NCBI GenBank assembly: GCA_031365725.1 | Contig: JANLYQ010000019.1 | Span: 683 to 64,682, forward strand | Source: Sporichthyaceae bacterium | Lineage (GTDB): Bacteria; Actinomycetota; Actinomycetes; JACCUZ01 | DNA length: 64,000 bases | Direction of reading: 5' to 3' | Shown: in pieces, positions 37,551 through 46,968 of the stretch | Layout: every line of letters starts with the position of its first letter | How positions within the stretch are numbered: position 1 is the stretch's first letter | Notes under the pieces: generated by a model | Seen by the model: only the letters and a program-made list of their open reading frames with translations | Database searches by the model: none | What the model was told of the DNA's origin: nothing | Program-made: the position numbers and the translations under genes

Positions 37551-38786
37551 TCAGCCTTGTGGCGACGAGCCCAGGCCGAGGGCGAAAGCCTCTTCGCGCA
37601 GCTCCTCTCTCACCGTGGGGTGCGCCACGTCGATGAGGGCAGCTGCCTGGGTGCGCTCGTCCTGGCCGGTGAGAAACGCGACACCGTGCTCGGTCACGAC
37701 TGCGCTGTGCTGGAAGGAGGTGACCGGCTCGTCGACCATCGCCACGATGCTGGAGCGGTCTGCGCGCGGGTGCCACGACCGCAGGGCCATCAGCGCTTGA
37801 CCCCCTGGCGAGTGCAGTGCGCCGACGGTGAAGTCGGTCTGGCCGCCGAATCCGGAATGGATCCGGGCATTGATCCGCGAGGCGTTGGCCTGCCCGAACA
37901 GATCCACCTGCAGCGCAGTGTTGATGCTGGTCATCAGCCGCTGTGCCGAGATCTGAGCTGGGGCATTGGTCCGCTCGGTCCGCAGAACCTGGACGCGGGG
38001 GTTGGCGTTCACCCACGCGTAGAGCTCCGGTGAGCCCATGACGAACGACGCTGTCACCAGCGCCGTGCTGTCCAACGCCTGGGCGCGGTCGAGAGCGAGG
38101 ACCCCGTCCGAGAACATCTCGCTCCAGATCGCCAGACCACGCCGGCCGGCCAGGCCGGCGACGGTCGCGTCGGGCACCATGCCGATCCCCATCTGCAGGG
38201 TGGCCCCGTCGGGCACCCGATCGGCGACCAGTTCTCCGATGCGCGCAGATGCGTCGTCAGGCTCCTGGTGAGAAGGCATGACAAGCGGCTCATCAGCCTC
38301 GACCAGCAGGTCGATGTCCTCGCGACGGAGCAGCCCGTCGCCGTACGTCCACGGCATGTGGCTGTTGATCTGAGCCGCCACAAGGCCACCACGGGAACGG
38401 CACGCCTCGATGGCAGCGGGCAGGACATTGACCTCGGTCCCGAGTGACCAGAGGCCGTCGCGCGCCGGCGCGACCGTCACGCACACAAGGTCCGGTGACA
38501 ACGTCGAGGAGAACAGCGCGGGCACCGTCGACAGCCGGGCAGGCACATAGGACAAGGTGGGGCTGCGCCGCATGCCTGGGCCGACGAACGGCGTCTCGTG
38601 TATCACGCCCGGCCGCGCCGGGATCCCGATCTGGGCGTTGAGCATGCAGAGGCGGTAGGCCGGCAGCAGCTCGTCGACGAGGCGCAGCAGGGTCCAGGGG
38701 GTGGCACCGTTGCCGCCGACGACGATCCTCGGGCACTGCGGCAGCGCAGCCAGCGCATGAGCGATGGCATCGTCCTGAGCCAGCAT
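37551..38786 (-). CDS. Acetyl-CoA hydrolase/transferase family (4-hydroxybutyrate CoA-transferase-like)
   Basis: SLGTEV, DGATLQMGIG, WSEMFSDG, INTALQVDLFGQAN, SGFGGQTDF, VVTEHGVA..IDVAHP. Confidence 0.9.
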   Translation of the reverse strand: MLAQDDAIAHALAALPQCPRIVVGGNGATPWTLLRLVDELLPAYRLCMLNAQIGIPARPGVIHETPFVGPGMRRSPTLSYVPARLSTVPALFSSTLSPDLVCVTVAPARDGLWSLGTEVNVLPAAIEACRSRGGLVAAQINSHMPWTYGDGLLRREDIDLLVEADEPLVMPSHQEPDDASARIGELVADRVPDGATLQMGIGMVPDATVAGLAGRRGLAIWSEMFSDGVLALDRAQALDSTALVTASFVMGSPELYAWVNANPRVQVLRTERTNAPAQISAQRLMTSINTALQVDLFGQANASRINARIHSGFGGQTDFTVGALHSPGGQALMALRSWHPRADRSSIVAMVDEPVTSFQHSAVVTEHGVAFLTGQDERTQAAALIDVAHPTVREELREEAFALGLGSSPQG

Positions 38787-38820
38787 CGCCACAGTGTGGC
38801 AGCCCACAAACCCGCGACTA

Positions 38821-38856
38821 GAGACCTAGGTCCCTGTCCTTCCCGGCCAAGGTCTC
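38821..38856. promoter_or_regulatory. DosR-like box pair in a divergent promoter
   Basis: GAGACCTAGGTCCC (38821-38834, one mismatched pair from a perfect palindrome) and CCGGCCAAGGTCTC 22 bp downstream. Confidence 0.75.
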
Positions 38857-38923
38857 TGGTCCGCGACGCGTGGCTGCGCTCTCCTGGTGAGGTCAGCATC
38901 CACGTCGAGGTCAGGAGCAGCTC

Positions 38924-39802
38924 ATGGCGAGCACCGACAGAGCCGTAGTCGTAGGGATCGACGGCTCACCGGAGAGCCGAGCTGCGTTGACGTACGCCGC
39001 CGAGCTGGCAGCCGGTCGGCATCTGTCGCTGCGGGTGGTCTGCGCGTTGCCGGAGGGTCACGCGCGGGACACGTGGACCGACATCGTGAGGCGGAAGCTG
39101 CAGACTGACGGCGAGCACCTCGTCGCCGATGCCGTGGACGAGGTGCGCCGAGACTTCCCGCGCCTGGCCATCGCCTCCGAGGTCGTGGCGGGGAGCGCTG
39201 TGGCCATGCTGCTGCACGAGGCGGAGCTCGCTGACACCCTCGTCGTCGGCAGCCGCGGCGCCGGTGGGTTCACTGGTCTCCTTCTAGGTTCCACGGCCCT
39301 GCATGTCGCGACGCGGGCTCGATGCCCAGTCGTGACCGTGCCGACCACCGATCCCACGCGTCCGGCAGGACGACGGATTGTGGTGGCGGTCGACGGATCT
39401 CCGCAAGCCCAAGCCGCCATCGAGTATGCGTGCCGGCTGGCCGACGAGCTCTCCGAGCCCGTCCTTGCCGTGCACGCCTGGAACGACCCGGTCCAGCTGT
39501 CACCCGCTGTGCTGGTGCCGCTGGACTACCAGCCGCTCTTGCTGGCCGAGGAGCAGGCCGGCCGGCTCGAGCTGGCGGAGGCACTCGCCGGGTGGGCCGA
39601 GAAGTTTCCCTCCGTCACCCTCGAGCAGCGAGTCCTGCAGGGTCAGCCGGTGCACGTGATCCTCACCGAGGCCGCCGCAGCACGCATGATCGTCGTCGGT
39701 TCGCGTGGCCACGGCCCGGTCCGGAGTCTGCTCGGGTCGGTCAGCCACGGGCTGCTGCACCACGCTGCCGTGCCGGTCGCTGTGGTCCACACGGACCGGT
39801 GA
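38924..39802 (+). CDS. Universal stress protein (two USP domains)
   Basis: VVVGIDGS, LVVGSRGAGGF..LLGST, VVAVDGS, VVGSRG..LLGSVS. Confidence 0.93.
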   Translation: MASTDRAVVVGIDGSPESRAALTYAAELAAGRHLSLRVVCALPEGHARDTWTDIVRRKLQTDGEHLVADAVDEVRRDFPRLAIASEVVAGSAVAMLLHEAELADTLVVGSRGAGGFTGLLLGSTALHVATRARCPVVTVPTTDPTRPAGRRIVVAVDGSPQAQAAIEYACRLADELSEPVLAVHAWNDPVQLSPAVLVPLDYQPLLLAEEQAGRLELAEALAGWAEKFPSVTLEQRVLQGQPVHVILTEAAAARMIVVGSRGHGPVRSLLGSVSHGLLHHAAVPVAVVHTDR

Positions 39803-39838
39803 GGCCCTCTCCACCCGAGGAGCACACATACTGGCGCG

Positions 39839-40981
39839 GTGCCGACCTCAACAGGTGACGTCCTGGTCGTGAACTGCGGGAGCACGTCGGTCAAGATTGC
39901 TGTCGTTGACCCCGCCACCGGTGCTCGCCGGGGCGCGGGGGCACGAGAAGCCGTGCCACCCGGCGGACATCACGCTGCCGTCACGTCCGTCCTGGACGAG
40001 CTGGATGCAGACCTGCTCAAGTCCGTAGTCGGCGTCGGGCACCGGGTCGTGCACGGCGGTCCCCGGTTCACCGACCCGGTGCTGGTGGACGACCAGGTGC
40101 GAGCCGCCCTCGGCAACCTGGTGTCGCTCGCTCCGTTGCACCTGCCGGCCAATCTCCGCGGGATCGACGTCGTGGGTGAGCGGCTGCCTGCCCTGCGCCA
40201 CGTGGCGGTCTTCGACACCGGATTTCACAGCAGCCTCCCGTCCCGCGCCTACCGGTACGCGGTGCCACAGTCATGGTTCGACGACCACGGGGCACGGAGG
40301 TACGGCTTCCACGGCATCAGCTGTCGCATCGTGACCGACCGCACAGCCGCGCTGCTCGGACGACCGGTCGAGGACCTGAGGCTCGTCGTGGCCCATCTCG
40401 GCGGTGGGTGCAGCGCCACCGCCGTGAGTGACGGCCGGTCGGTCGACACCAGCATGGGCTTCACCCCGCTGGAGGGGCTTGTCATGACCACCCGCAGCGG
40501 TGACATCGATCCTGGACTGCTGGCGTACCTGGCGCCCCGGCTCGGACTGGACCTGCTCCAGCTGGTCGAGATCCTGAACACCCGCAGCGGACTCGCGGGC
40601 CTGTCCGGCATGAGCGGTGACATCCGCGAGCTGACCGCTGCAGCTGCTGCAGGTTCCCCCGTCGCCACGCTGGCGCTCGAGGTGTTCAGCTATCGGCTGG
40701 CCAAGACGATCGCGGCCATGACCGTGCCGTTGGCGAGGTGGGACGCCTTGGTCTTCACCGGCGGGATCGGCGAGCACAGCCCGGAGATCCGGTCGCGGGT
40801 CATGGCGCTGCTCGGTGTGTTCGGCGTCCATGAGGATGCGGCCGCGAACGCCGCCCATGGTCAGGAGACGGCGGGCCGGGTGAGCCTCATCGCAGAACGC
40901 CCAGGGCCCACCGTGCTCGTCGTACCCACCGACGAGGAACGGGTCATTGCCTCAGACACCGCGCTGTTGCTCGGGATCTGA
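39839..40981 (+). CDS. ackA: Acetate/propionate kinase
   Basis: VNCGSTSVK, GHRVVHGG, APLH, FDTGFH, RYGFHG, HLGGG, SMGFTPLEGL, TRSGDIDP, FTGGIGE. Confidence 0.93.
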   Translation: MPTSTGDVLVVNCGSTSVKIAVVDPATGARRGAGAREAVPPGGHHAAVTSVLDELDADLLKSVVGVGHRVVHGGPRFTDPVLVDDQVRAALGNLVSLAPLHLPANLRGIDVVGERLPALRHVAVFDTGFHSSLPSRAYRYAVPQSWFDDHGARRYGFHGISCRIVTDRTAALLGRPVEDLRLVVAHLGGGCSATAVSDGRSVDTSMGFTPLEGLVMTTRSGDIDPGLLAYLAPRLGLDLLQLVEILNTRSGLAGLSGMSGDIRELTAAAAAGSPVATLALEVFSYRLAKTIAAMTVPLARWDALVFTGGIGEHSPEIRSRVMALLGVFGVHEDAAANAAHGQETAGRVSLIAERPGPTVLVVPTDEERVIASDTALLLGI

Positions 40982-40996
40982 GCAACCGACCACCGG

Positions 40997-43381
40997 TCAG
41001 CCTGCGGTGTCGCCCAACGTCCAGCCCTGCACATCTGGAAGATCCTCGAGGTGGTCGACGATGTAGGCGGCGTGCTCGGCCAGTCTGGCCTGGCACCACG
41101 CTTTCAGCTCGCTGGCTCCTGCCGGCGTACGGCGTGCGTTGTTCACCGCATCCATCACCAGGTGATAGCGCGACACCTTGTTGCGCACCACCATGTCGAA
41201 CGGCGTCGTCGTGGTGCCTTCCTCGATGAACCCGCGCACTCGGAAACGGTCCGCGTCTGGGCGCCCGTGGATCAACTGGTGCACCGCACCCGGATAGCCG
41301 TGGAACGAGAACACGACATCGACCGCGTCGGTGAAGAGCTCGCTGAACAGCGTCTCGCTCATGCCGTGCGGGTGGTCCTTGGGTCGGGGCAGAGTCATGA
41401 GGTCGATGACATTCACCACCCGCACCCGCAGGCGAGGCAGCCTCTCGCGCAGGATCTGTGCAGCAGCGACGGTTTCCATTGTCACGACGTCGCCGGCGCA
41501 CGCGAGCACGATGTCGGGCTCGTCGACACCGTCATCGGTCCCGGCCCAGTCCCAGACGCTGGCACCCCGCGCGGCGTGCGCGACAGCATCGTCGATGGAC
41601 AGCCACTGGAGCTGGGGCTGTTTGTCGATCACGATCAGGTTGACGTAGGACCGTGACCGGAAGCAGTGGTCCGCGACGGCGAGCAGGCTGTTGGCATCCG
41701 GCGGGAGATAGACCCGGCTGACGTTGGCCCGCTGGGTGATGACGTTCTGGATCAGGCCAGGGCCCTGGTGGGAGAACCCGTTGTGGTCGTTGCGCCAGGC
41801 GGTCGAGGTGAGCAGGACGTTCAGGCTCGGCACCTTCGCCCGCCAGGAGAGGTTGGACGCCTCCTCGAGCCACTTGCTGTGCTGGATGGTCTGCGACGCG
41901 CTCACCATCGCAAACGCCTCGTAGGTGGCAAAGAGCCCATGTCGGCCGCTGAGGGTGTAGCCCTCGAGCCAGCCGTGACAGTTGTGCTCCGAGAGGACCT
42001 CCATCACCCGACCGTCGCGGGAGAGGGAGACGTCCTGGTCAGTCACCCGCTCCGCGAAGGCGCGGTCGGAGACCTCGAACACGGCGCCCAGCCGGTTGCT
42101 GTTGGTCTCGTCGGGGCAGAAGAGTCGGAAGTTGTGCGGGTTGGCTCGATAGATGTCGCGCATCATCTCGCCGAGCCGGCGGGTCGACTCGACCAGCTCG
42201 GTGCCGGGCCGCGCGACCTCCACGGCGTAGTCCCGGAAGTCTGGCAGTGCCAGATCCTCAGCGAGCAGGCCGCCGTTCGCGTGCGGGCTGGCGCTCATCC
42301 GACGGTCACCGGCCGGGTTGTTGGACAGCACAACTCGCGTCGGCTTCCCCTCCGCGTCGAACAACTCGTCCGGCCGGTAGGACAGGAGCCACTCCTCGAG
42401 CAGCCGCAGGTGTTCTGGGTTGTCCTTGACGCCGGACAACGGGACTTGGTGGGACCGCCAGGTGCCGGTCACCTGGATACCGTCGACCTTCTCCGGCCCG
42501 GTCCATCCCTTGGGGCTGCGCAAGACGATGAGCGGCCACTGTGGCCGGGCGCCGTCCCACGATCCGCCCCGGGCGGCGCTCTGGATGTTGCGGATGCGCG
42601 TCCAGGCCTCCGCCAGCACGGCGGCAAACCGTCGGTGCATGCCCGGCAGATCATCACCCTCGACCTCGAGGACGTGGTAGCCGTGGCCCTCCAGCAGGGA
42701 TCGGACTTCGGCGGGATCCTTTCGGGCCAGCACCGTGGGTCCAGAGATCTTCGCTCCGTTCAGGTGCAGCACCGGCAGCACCGCTCCGTCACGGGTCGGA
42801 TTGAGGAACGAGATGCCCTTCCAGGACCCTTCCAGGGGTCCAGTCTCGGCCTCGCCGTCTCCGACGACGGCCAAGGCGATGAGCTCGGGGTTGTCCATCA
42901 CTGCCCCGAACGCATGCATCAGGACGTAGCCGAGTTCGCCGCCCTCGTGGATCGACCCGGGAGTGGGGACGGACACGTGGCTCGGGATGCCTCCGGGGGA
43001 AGAGAACTGCCGGCAGAGGATCGCGAGACCAGGCTCGTCCTGCGTCACCTTCGGATAGACCTCCGAGTAGCGACCCTCGAGATAGCCGGCGGCGACCAGC
43101 GCGGGACCGCCGTGTCCTGGTCCGGCAAGGTAGATCACCTGCTGCCCTGTGTGCCTGATGAGCCGGGAGACGTGGGCATAGACGAAGGAAAGTCCCGGAC
43201 TGGTGCCCCAGTGCCCGAGCAGCCGGGGCTTGATGTCGGCAGGGGTCAGCGGCCTACGGAGCAGTGGGTTCGCCAACAAGTAGATCTGGGCGATCGTCAG
43301 GTAGTTGGCCGCTCGCCACCAGGAGTCCAGCGCAGCCAGCTCGTCGTCATCGGGCTCGGAGAGCAGGTCGTCTCGCAGCAC
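40997..43381 (-). CDS. xfp: Phosphoketolase (Xfp)
   Basis: WRAANYL, LGHWGT, GPGHG, PGSIHEGGELGY, GDGEAETG, HLNGAKI, EVLSEH, HNGFSHQ, GFIEEGTTTTPFDM. Confidence 0.96.
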   Translation of the reverse strand: MLRDDLLSEPDDDELAALDSWWRAANYLTIAQIYLLANPLLRRPLTPADIKPRLLGHWGTSPGLSFVYAHVSRLIRHTGQQVIYLAGPGHGGPALVAAGYLEGRYSEVYPKVTQDEPGLAILCRQFSSPGGIPSHVSVPTPGSIHEGGELGYVLMHAFGAVMDNPELIALAVVGDGEAETGPLEGSWKGISFLNPTRDGAVLPVLHLNGAKISGPTVLARKDPAEVRSLLEGHGYHVLEVEGDDLPGMHRRFAAVLAEAWTRIRNIQSAARGGSWDGARPQWPLIVLRSPKGWTGPEKVDGIQVTGTWRSHQVPLSGVKDNPEHLRLLEEWLLSYRPDELFDAEGKPTRVVLSNNPAGDRRMSASPHANGGLLAEDLALPDFRDYAVEVARPGTELVESTRRLGEMMRDIYRANPHNFRLFCPDETNSNRLGAVFEVSDRAFAERVTDQDVSLSRDGRVMEVLSEHNCHGWLEGYTLSGRHGLFATYEAFAMVSASQTIQHSKWLEEASNLSWRAKVPSLNVLLTSTAWRNDHNGFSHQGPGLIQNVITQRANVSRVYLPPDANSLLAVADHCFRSRSYVNLIVIDKQPQLQWLSIDDAVAHAARGASVWDWAGTDDGVDEPDIVLACAGDVVTMETVAAAQILRERLPRLRVRVVNVIDLMTLPRPKDHPHGMSETLFSELFTDAVDVVFSFHGYPGAVHQLIHGRPDADRFRVRGFIEEGTTTTPFDMVVRNKVSRYHLVMDAVNNARRTPAGASELKAWCQARLAEHAAYIVDHLEDLPDVQGWTLGDTAG

Positions 43382-43445
43382 GCGGGTCTCCTCGGTCGCT
43401 GGGGGCGTCGGTCCGAATGCTGCCCTCGGCGCCGGTGGACGTGCA

Positions 43446-43481
43446 AGGGCTCAGGTCATCCCTGGGCAGGACCAAAGTCCC
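43446..43481. promoter_or_regulatory. DosR-like box pair between xfp and usp
   Basis: AGGACCAAAGTCCC (43468-43481) and secondary AGGGCTCAGGTCAT 22 bp upstream. Confidence 0.7.
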
Positions 43482-43569
43482 GGCAGTTCCGTCCGACCAG
43501 CCCTGACGAAGAGGTGCGGCCGGTGGTCTGGTGGAGGGGCACACCACCCGCCGTACAGGAGGACACGTC

Positions 43570-44427
43570 ATGGACAGCACGCTCCGGAGAGCAGTCGTGG
43601 TCGGACTCGACGAGTCGTCGCACGCTCGCGAAGCCGTCGATCACGCCGCTGCTCTGGCCGACCGCAAGCGGCTTGCCCTGCGGCTCGTGCACGCGGTGAA
43701 CCCTTCGCAGTACGGCGCCGGCGCCTCAGCCGGCTGGTCACCCGATCCTTTCGGCATTCCGTACCGTGCGGCGGAGGCTCTCGTCACCGAGACCGTGTCC
43801 CGCGTCAAGGACCGCTATCCGCAGCTGACCATCACCTCCAGGCTCGAGTTCCACTCCCCGGTGGACCTTCTGGTGGAGGAGTCTGAGGCCGCCGAGGTGC
43901 TGGTCCTGGGGGTGCGTGGCAGTGGTGGGTTCTCCGCGCTGCTGGTCGGCTCGACGACGGTCCGTCTGGCGAGCAAGGCACACTGCCCGGTGATCGCCGT
44001 ACGCGCGGAGCTGCATCGTCGTCGTCCTCGGCACGGGATCGTGGTCGGTGTCGATGGGTCTCCCGAGGCCGCAGAGGCCTTGGAGTTCGCCCTGAGCGAG
44101 GCAGCGGAGACCAAGCAGTCCCTGACGGCCGTCATGGCCTACGCCGACCCCGCCTCCCTGGGTAACGCCGTGATCCACCCGCTGGTGAACGCGGCGCTGG
44201 CTGAGGCACTCGCCGGCTGGGGTGAAAAGTACCCCGACGTCAGCATCGAACGGCTGATCGTCTGCGAGCAACCGGTCAAGGCCCTTGTCGAGGCATCGGC
44301 AGCAGCGGAGCTGCTCGTGGTGGGTTCCCGCGGCCGAGGCGCACTCCGGTCGATGTTCGGTTCCGTGAGCCACGGCGTCCTGCATCACGCCGACTGCTCG
44401 GTCGCCGTGGTGCACAGTCGGCCCTGA
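43570..44427 (+). CDS. Universal stress protein (two USP domains)
   Basis: VVVGLDES, LVLGVRGSGGF..VGST, IVVGVDGS, VVGSRGRG..GSVS; AGGAGG before ATG 43570. Confidence 0.93.
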   Translation: MDSTLRRAVVVGLDESSHAREAVDHAAALADRKRLALRLVHAVNPSQYGAGASAGWSPDPFGIPYRAAEALVTETVSRVKDRYPQLTITSRLEFHSPVDLLVEESEAAEVLVLGVRGSGGFSALLVGSTTVRLASKAHCPVIAVRAELHRRRPRHGIVVGVDGSPEAAEALEFALSEAAETKQSLTAVMAYADPASLGNAVIHPLVNAALAEALAGWGEKYPDVSIERLIVCEQPVKALVEASAAAELLVVGSRGRGALRSMFGSVSHGVLHHADCSVAVVHSRP

Positions 44428-44432
44428 CGCGA

Positions 44433-44466
44433 GGCGGTGACCCGGTCACACGACCGGGCCACCGCC
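44433..44466. terminator. Strong hairpin between convergent genes
   Basis: GGCGGTG-A-CCCGGTC-ACAC-GACCGGG-C-CACCGCC (14 bp stem). Confidence 0.65.
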
Positions 44467-44482
44467 GTTGCCTCGCCGCCGA

Positions 44483-44941
44483 TCAACCCGCCGTCGACGA
44501 CTGACCCGCTGTCCCAGCGCCGGGGCCGCCACCGGTCTGAGTGCCGGTCACGATGAAGTCGCTGCCGACCTGCACGATCACCTGATCACCGGCGGAGGTC
44601 ACGATGTGCGCCTCGTAGACGCCGTCCGAGTCGGTCTCGACCCTCTGGATCGTCGCGCTCGGGTACTTGGCCAGCGCGGCCGCCTTGACCTTCTCAGCCG
44701 TGGTCCCCGTGAGCAGGTGCTCGTCCGAACGCATGCTCTTGGTGGGGTCCGTCGTCTGCACGAGAGTGCCACTGCCACTGCCACTGCCACTGCGACTGGC
44801 GGTGCTGCTGCTCGCGGTGGCGGACGGAGTACTCGTCGCCGCGCTGGCCGACATGGTGCCGGCGGCCATCCCACCGACGGCGAGTCCGGAGAGCACGAGC
44901 ACTCCACCGGCGAGGGCCTTCTTCATCGTGGTCGAGTTCAT
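44483..44941 (-). CDS. Secreted protein with PepSY-like domain
   Basis: Signal peptide MKKALAGGVLVLSGLAVGG..ASA, S/T/G-rich linker, AEKVKAAALAKYPSATIQRVETDSDGVYEAH. Confidence 0.75.
   Translation of the reverse strand: MNSTTMKKALAGGVLVLSGLAVGGMAAGTMSASAATSTPSATASSSTASRSGSGSGSGTLVQTTDPTKSMRSDEHLLTGTTAEKVKAAALAKYPSATIQRVETDSDGVYEAHIVTSAGDQVIVQVGSDFIVTGTQTGGGPGAGTAGQSSTAG
44767..44793. repeat. In-frame hexamer repeat (TGCCAC)4.5 encoding a Ser-Gly linker
   Basis: tgccactgccactgccactgccactgc, read on the minus strand as SGSGSGSG. Confidence 0.85.
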
Positions 44942-45079
44942 GGGTAACTCCTTCGGTTGAGCCCCGGTCGGGGCCGATGACGACCAGCCTGGGCTGCGAC
45001 CCTCCCTGCCACCTGCGCGGCCACTGGCAGGTCCCTGCCGGTGTCAGGTCGGCGGCGGGTGTGCTGTTGACTCGGACGC

Positions 45080-45862
45080 ATGCCACAGATCACCCAGGTC
45101 CTGCCAGCCCTCACCGCGTCCCACCAGCGGCTCGCCGCCGCTGTCGCGGGACTCGCCGAGGGCGACGGCACCCGCCAGTCCTATGCCAGCGAGTGGACCA
45201 TCGCCCAGGTCCTCTCCCACATCGGGTCCGGTGCCGAGATCAACACGCGGGTCATCCAGTCCGTCGTGTCGGGCGACCCCACACCCAGCCGTGACGACCT
45301 GACCGAGATCTGGGGCCGCTGGGACGCCAAGTCGCCCGAGGCACAGCTCAGCGACGGCGTCGCGTCCGATGCCGCGCTGCTCGACGACATCGCTTCCCTG
45401 TCGGGGGAGCAGGTCTCCGGCTGGCGGCACACGCTGCATGGTGAGGAGGTCGACCTTGCCGGCCTGCTGATGCAGCGCCTCGGTGAGCACGCGCTGCACA
45501 CCTGGGACGTGGTCGTCGCAGTCGATCCCGCGGCTACGGTGTCCGCGGACGCGGTCGCCTTGCTCATCGATGCACTCGCCATGGTGGTGTCGAAGACGGC
45601 CACGCTCGCGCCGGGGTCTCGGATCGCGGTTACGACGACGGAGCCGGCGCGGACGTTCCTGCTCGAGGCGGACTCCGAAGCTGCCTCCCTCGCCGTTGTC
45701 GACCCCAACTCCTCGGCGGACGCGACGGCCTCGCTGCACCTGCCGGCGGAGGCGTTCCTTCGCTTGACCTACGGCCGGCTCGACCCCGACCACACGCCGG
45801 CCGGAGTTGAGACTGACGGCGTCGACCTCGGCACCCTGCGGCAGGCCTTCCCCGGCTTCTGA
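45080..45862 (+). CDS. Mycothiol-dependent maleylpyruvate isomerase (MDMPI/DinB-like) family protein
   Basis: EWTIAQVLSHIGSG, RLGEHALHTWD, AFLRLTYGRL. Confidence 0.82.
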   Translation: MPQITQVLPALTASHQRLAAAVAGLAEGDGTRQSYASEWTIAQVLSHIGSGAEINTRVIQSVVSGDPTPSRDDLTEIWGRWDAKSPEAQLSDGVASDAALLDDIASLSGEQVSGWRHTLHGEEVDLAGLLMQRLGEHALHTWDVVVAVDPAATVSADAVALLIDALAMVVSKTATLAPGSRIAVTTTEPARTFLLEADSEAASLAVVDPNSSADATASLHLPAEAFLRLTYGRLDPDHTPAGVETDGVDLGTLRQAFPGF

Positions 45863-45934
45863 GCCACCGCGCAACCCCCGCCCGCCTCCCGCAGTTGACC
45901 ACGTCAGGTAGGCCGACAGAGCGAGGTGGTCTCG

Positions 45935-46966
45935 CTAGGACGTGGCACTTCCTCGTGTGTTCACTGCCGGGATCACCCGTTCGCCGTACGCCGCCAGCGT
46001 CGCGTCCTTCGCGTCGTGCTGCAGGTAGAGCGCGAACTGGTCGACGCCGAGCTCGCGCAGCTGCTCCAACCGCGCCATCTGCGCCTCGACGGGACCGAGC
46101 AGGCAGAAACGGTCGATCACCTCGTCCGGCACGAAGTCGGTGTGCTCGTTGCCGGCCTTGCCATGACTGTTGTAGTCATAGCCCGCGCGGCCGGCGATGT
46201 AGTCGCTCAGGGCCGCCGGTACTGCTGCTCCCTCGGACCCGTAGCGCGCCACGATGTCCGCCACGTGGTTGCCGACCATGCCGCCGAACCACCGGCACTG
46301 GGCCCGGGCGTGCTCCATCCCGGCATCGGAACCGTCGGTGACGTAGGCCGGTGCCGCCACGCAGATGGTGATCGAGTCGGGATCCCGACCGGCGTCGGCG
46401 GCCGCCTTGCGCACCGCCGCGATGGACCACGCGGTGATGTCTGGGTCAGCGAGCTGCAGGATGAAACCGTCGGCCACCTCGCCGGTGAGAGCAAGTGCCT
46501 TCGGGCCGTACGCCGCGACCCAGATCGGCAGCCGCGAGGACGCGCCCCACGGGAAGCGCAGCTGATTGCCCTTGTAGTCAACGGATTCGCCGTTGGCCAG
46601 GCCACGGATCACCGCGATCGACTCGCGCAGCGTGGCCAGGGTCACCGGGCTGCCGTTGATGACGCGTACGGCGGAGTCGCCTCGTCCGATGCCGCACACC
46701 GTGCGGTTGCCGAACATGTCGTTCAGCGTCGCGAACAGCGAGGCGGTGACGGTCCAGTCGCGGGTCGCCGGGTTGGTCACCATCGGTCCGACAGTGACCC
46801 GATGGGTCCGGGACAGGATCTGGCTGTAGACGACGAACGGCTCCTGCCAGAGCAGGTGGGAGTCGAAGGTCCAGACGTGACTGAAGCCATAGGTCTCGGC
46901 CTTGACCGCGAGGTCGACCACCCGCCAGGCAGGCGGGTCGGTCTGCAGGACGACGCCGAAGTCCAT
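45935..46966 (-). CDS. LLM-class F420-dependent oxidoreductase (TIGR03842/CPS_4043-type)
   Basis: MDFGVVLQTDPPA, WTFDSHLLWQEPF, VGPMVTNP, CGIGRGDSA, VAAYGPKAL, FALYLQHD. Confidence 0.85.
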   Translation of the reverse strand: MDFGVVLQTDPPAWRVVDLAVKAETYGFSHVWTFDSHLLWQEPFVVYSQILSRTHRVTVGPMVTNPATRDWTVTASLFATLNDMFGNRTVCGIGRGDSAVRVINGSPVTLATLRESIAVIRGLANGESVDYKGNQLRFPWGASSRLPIWVAAYGPKALALTGEVADGFILQLADPDITAWSIAAVRKAAADAGRDPDSITICVAAPAYVTDGSDAGMEHARAQCRWFGGMVGNHVADIVARYGSEGAAVPAALSDYIAGRAGYDYNSHGKAGNEHTDFVPDEVIDRFCLLGPVEAQMARLEQLRELGVDQFALYLQHDAKDATLAAYGERVIPAVNTRGSATS

Positions 46967-46968
46967 CC

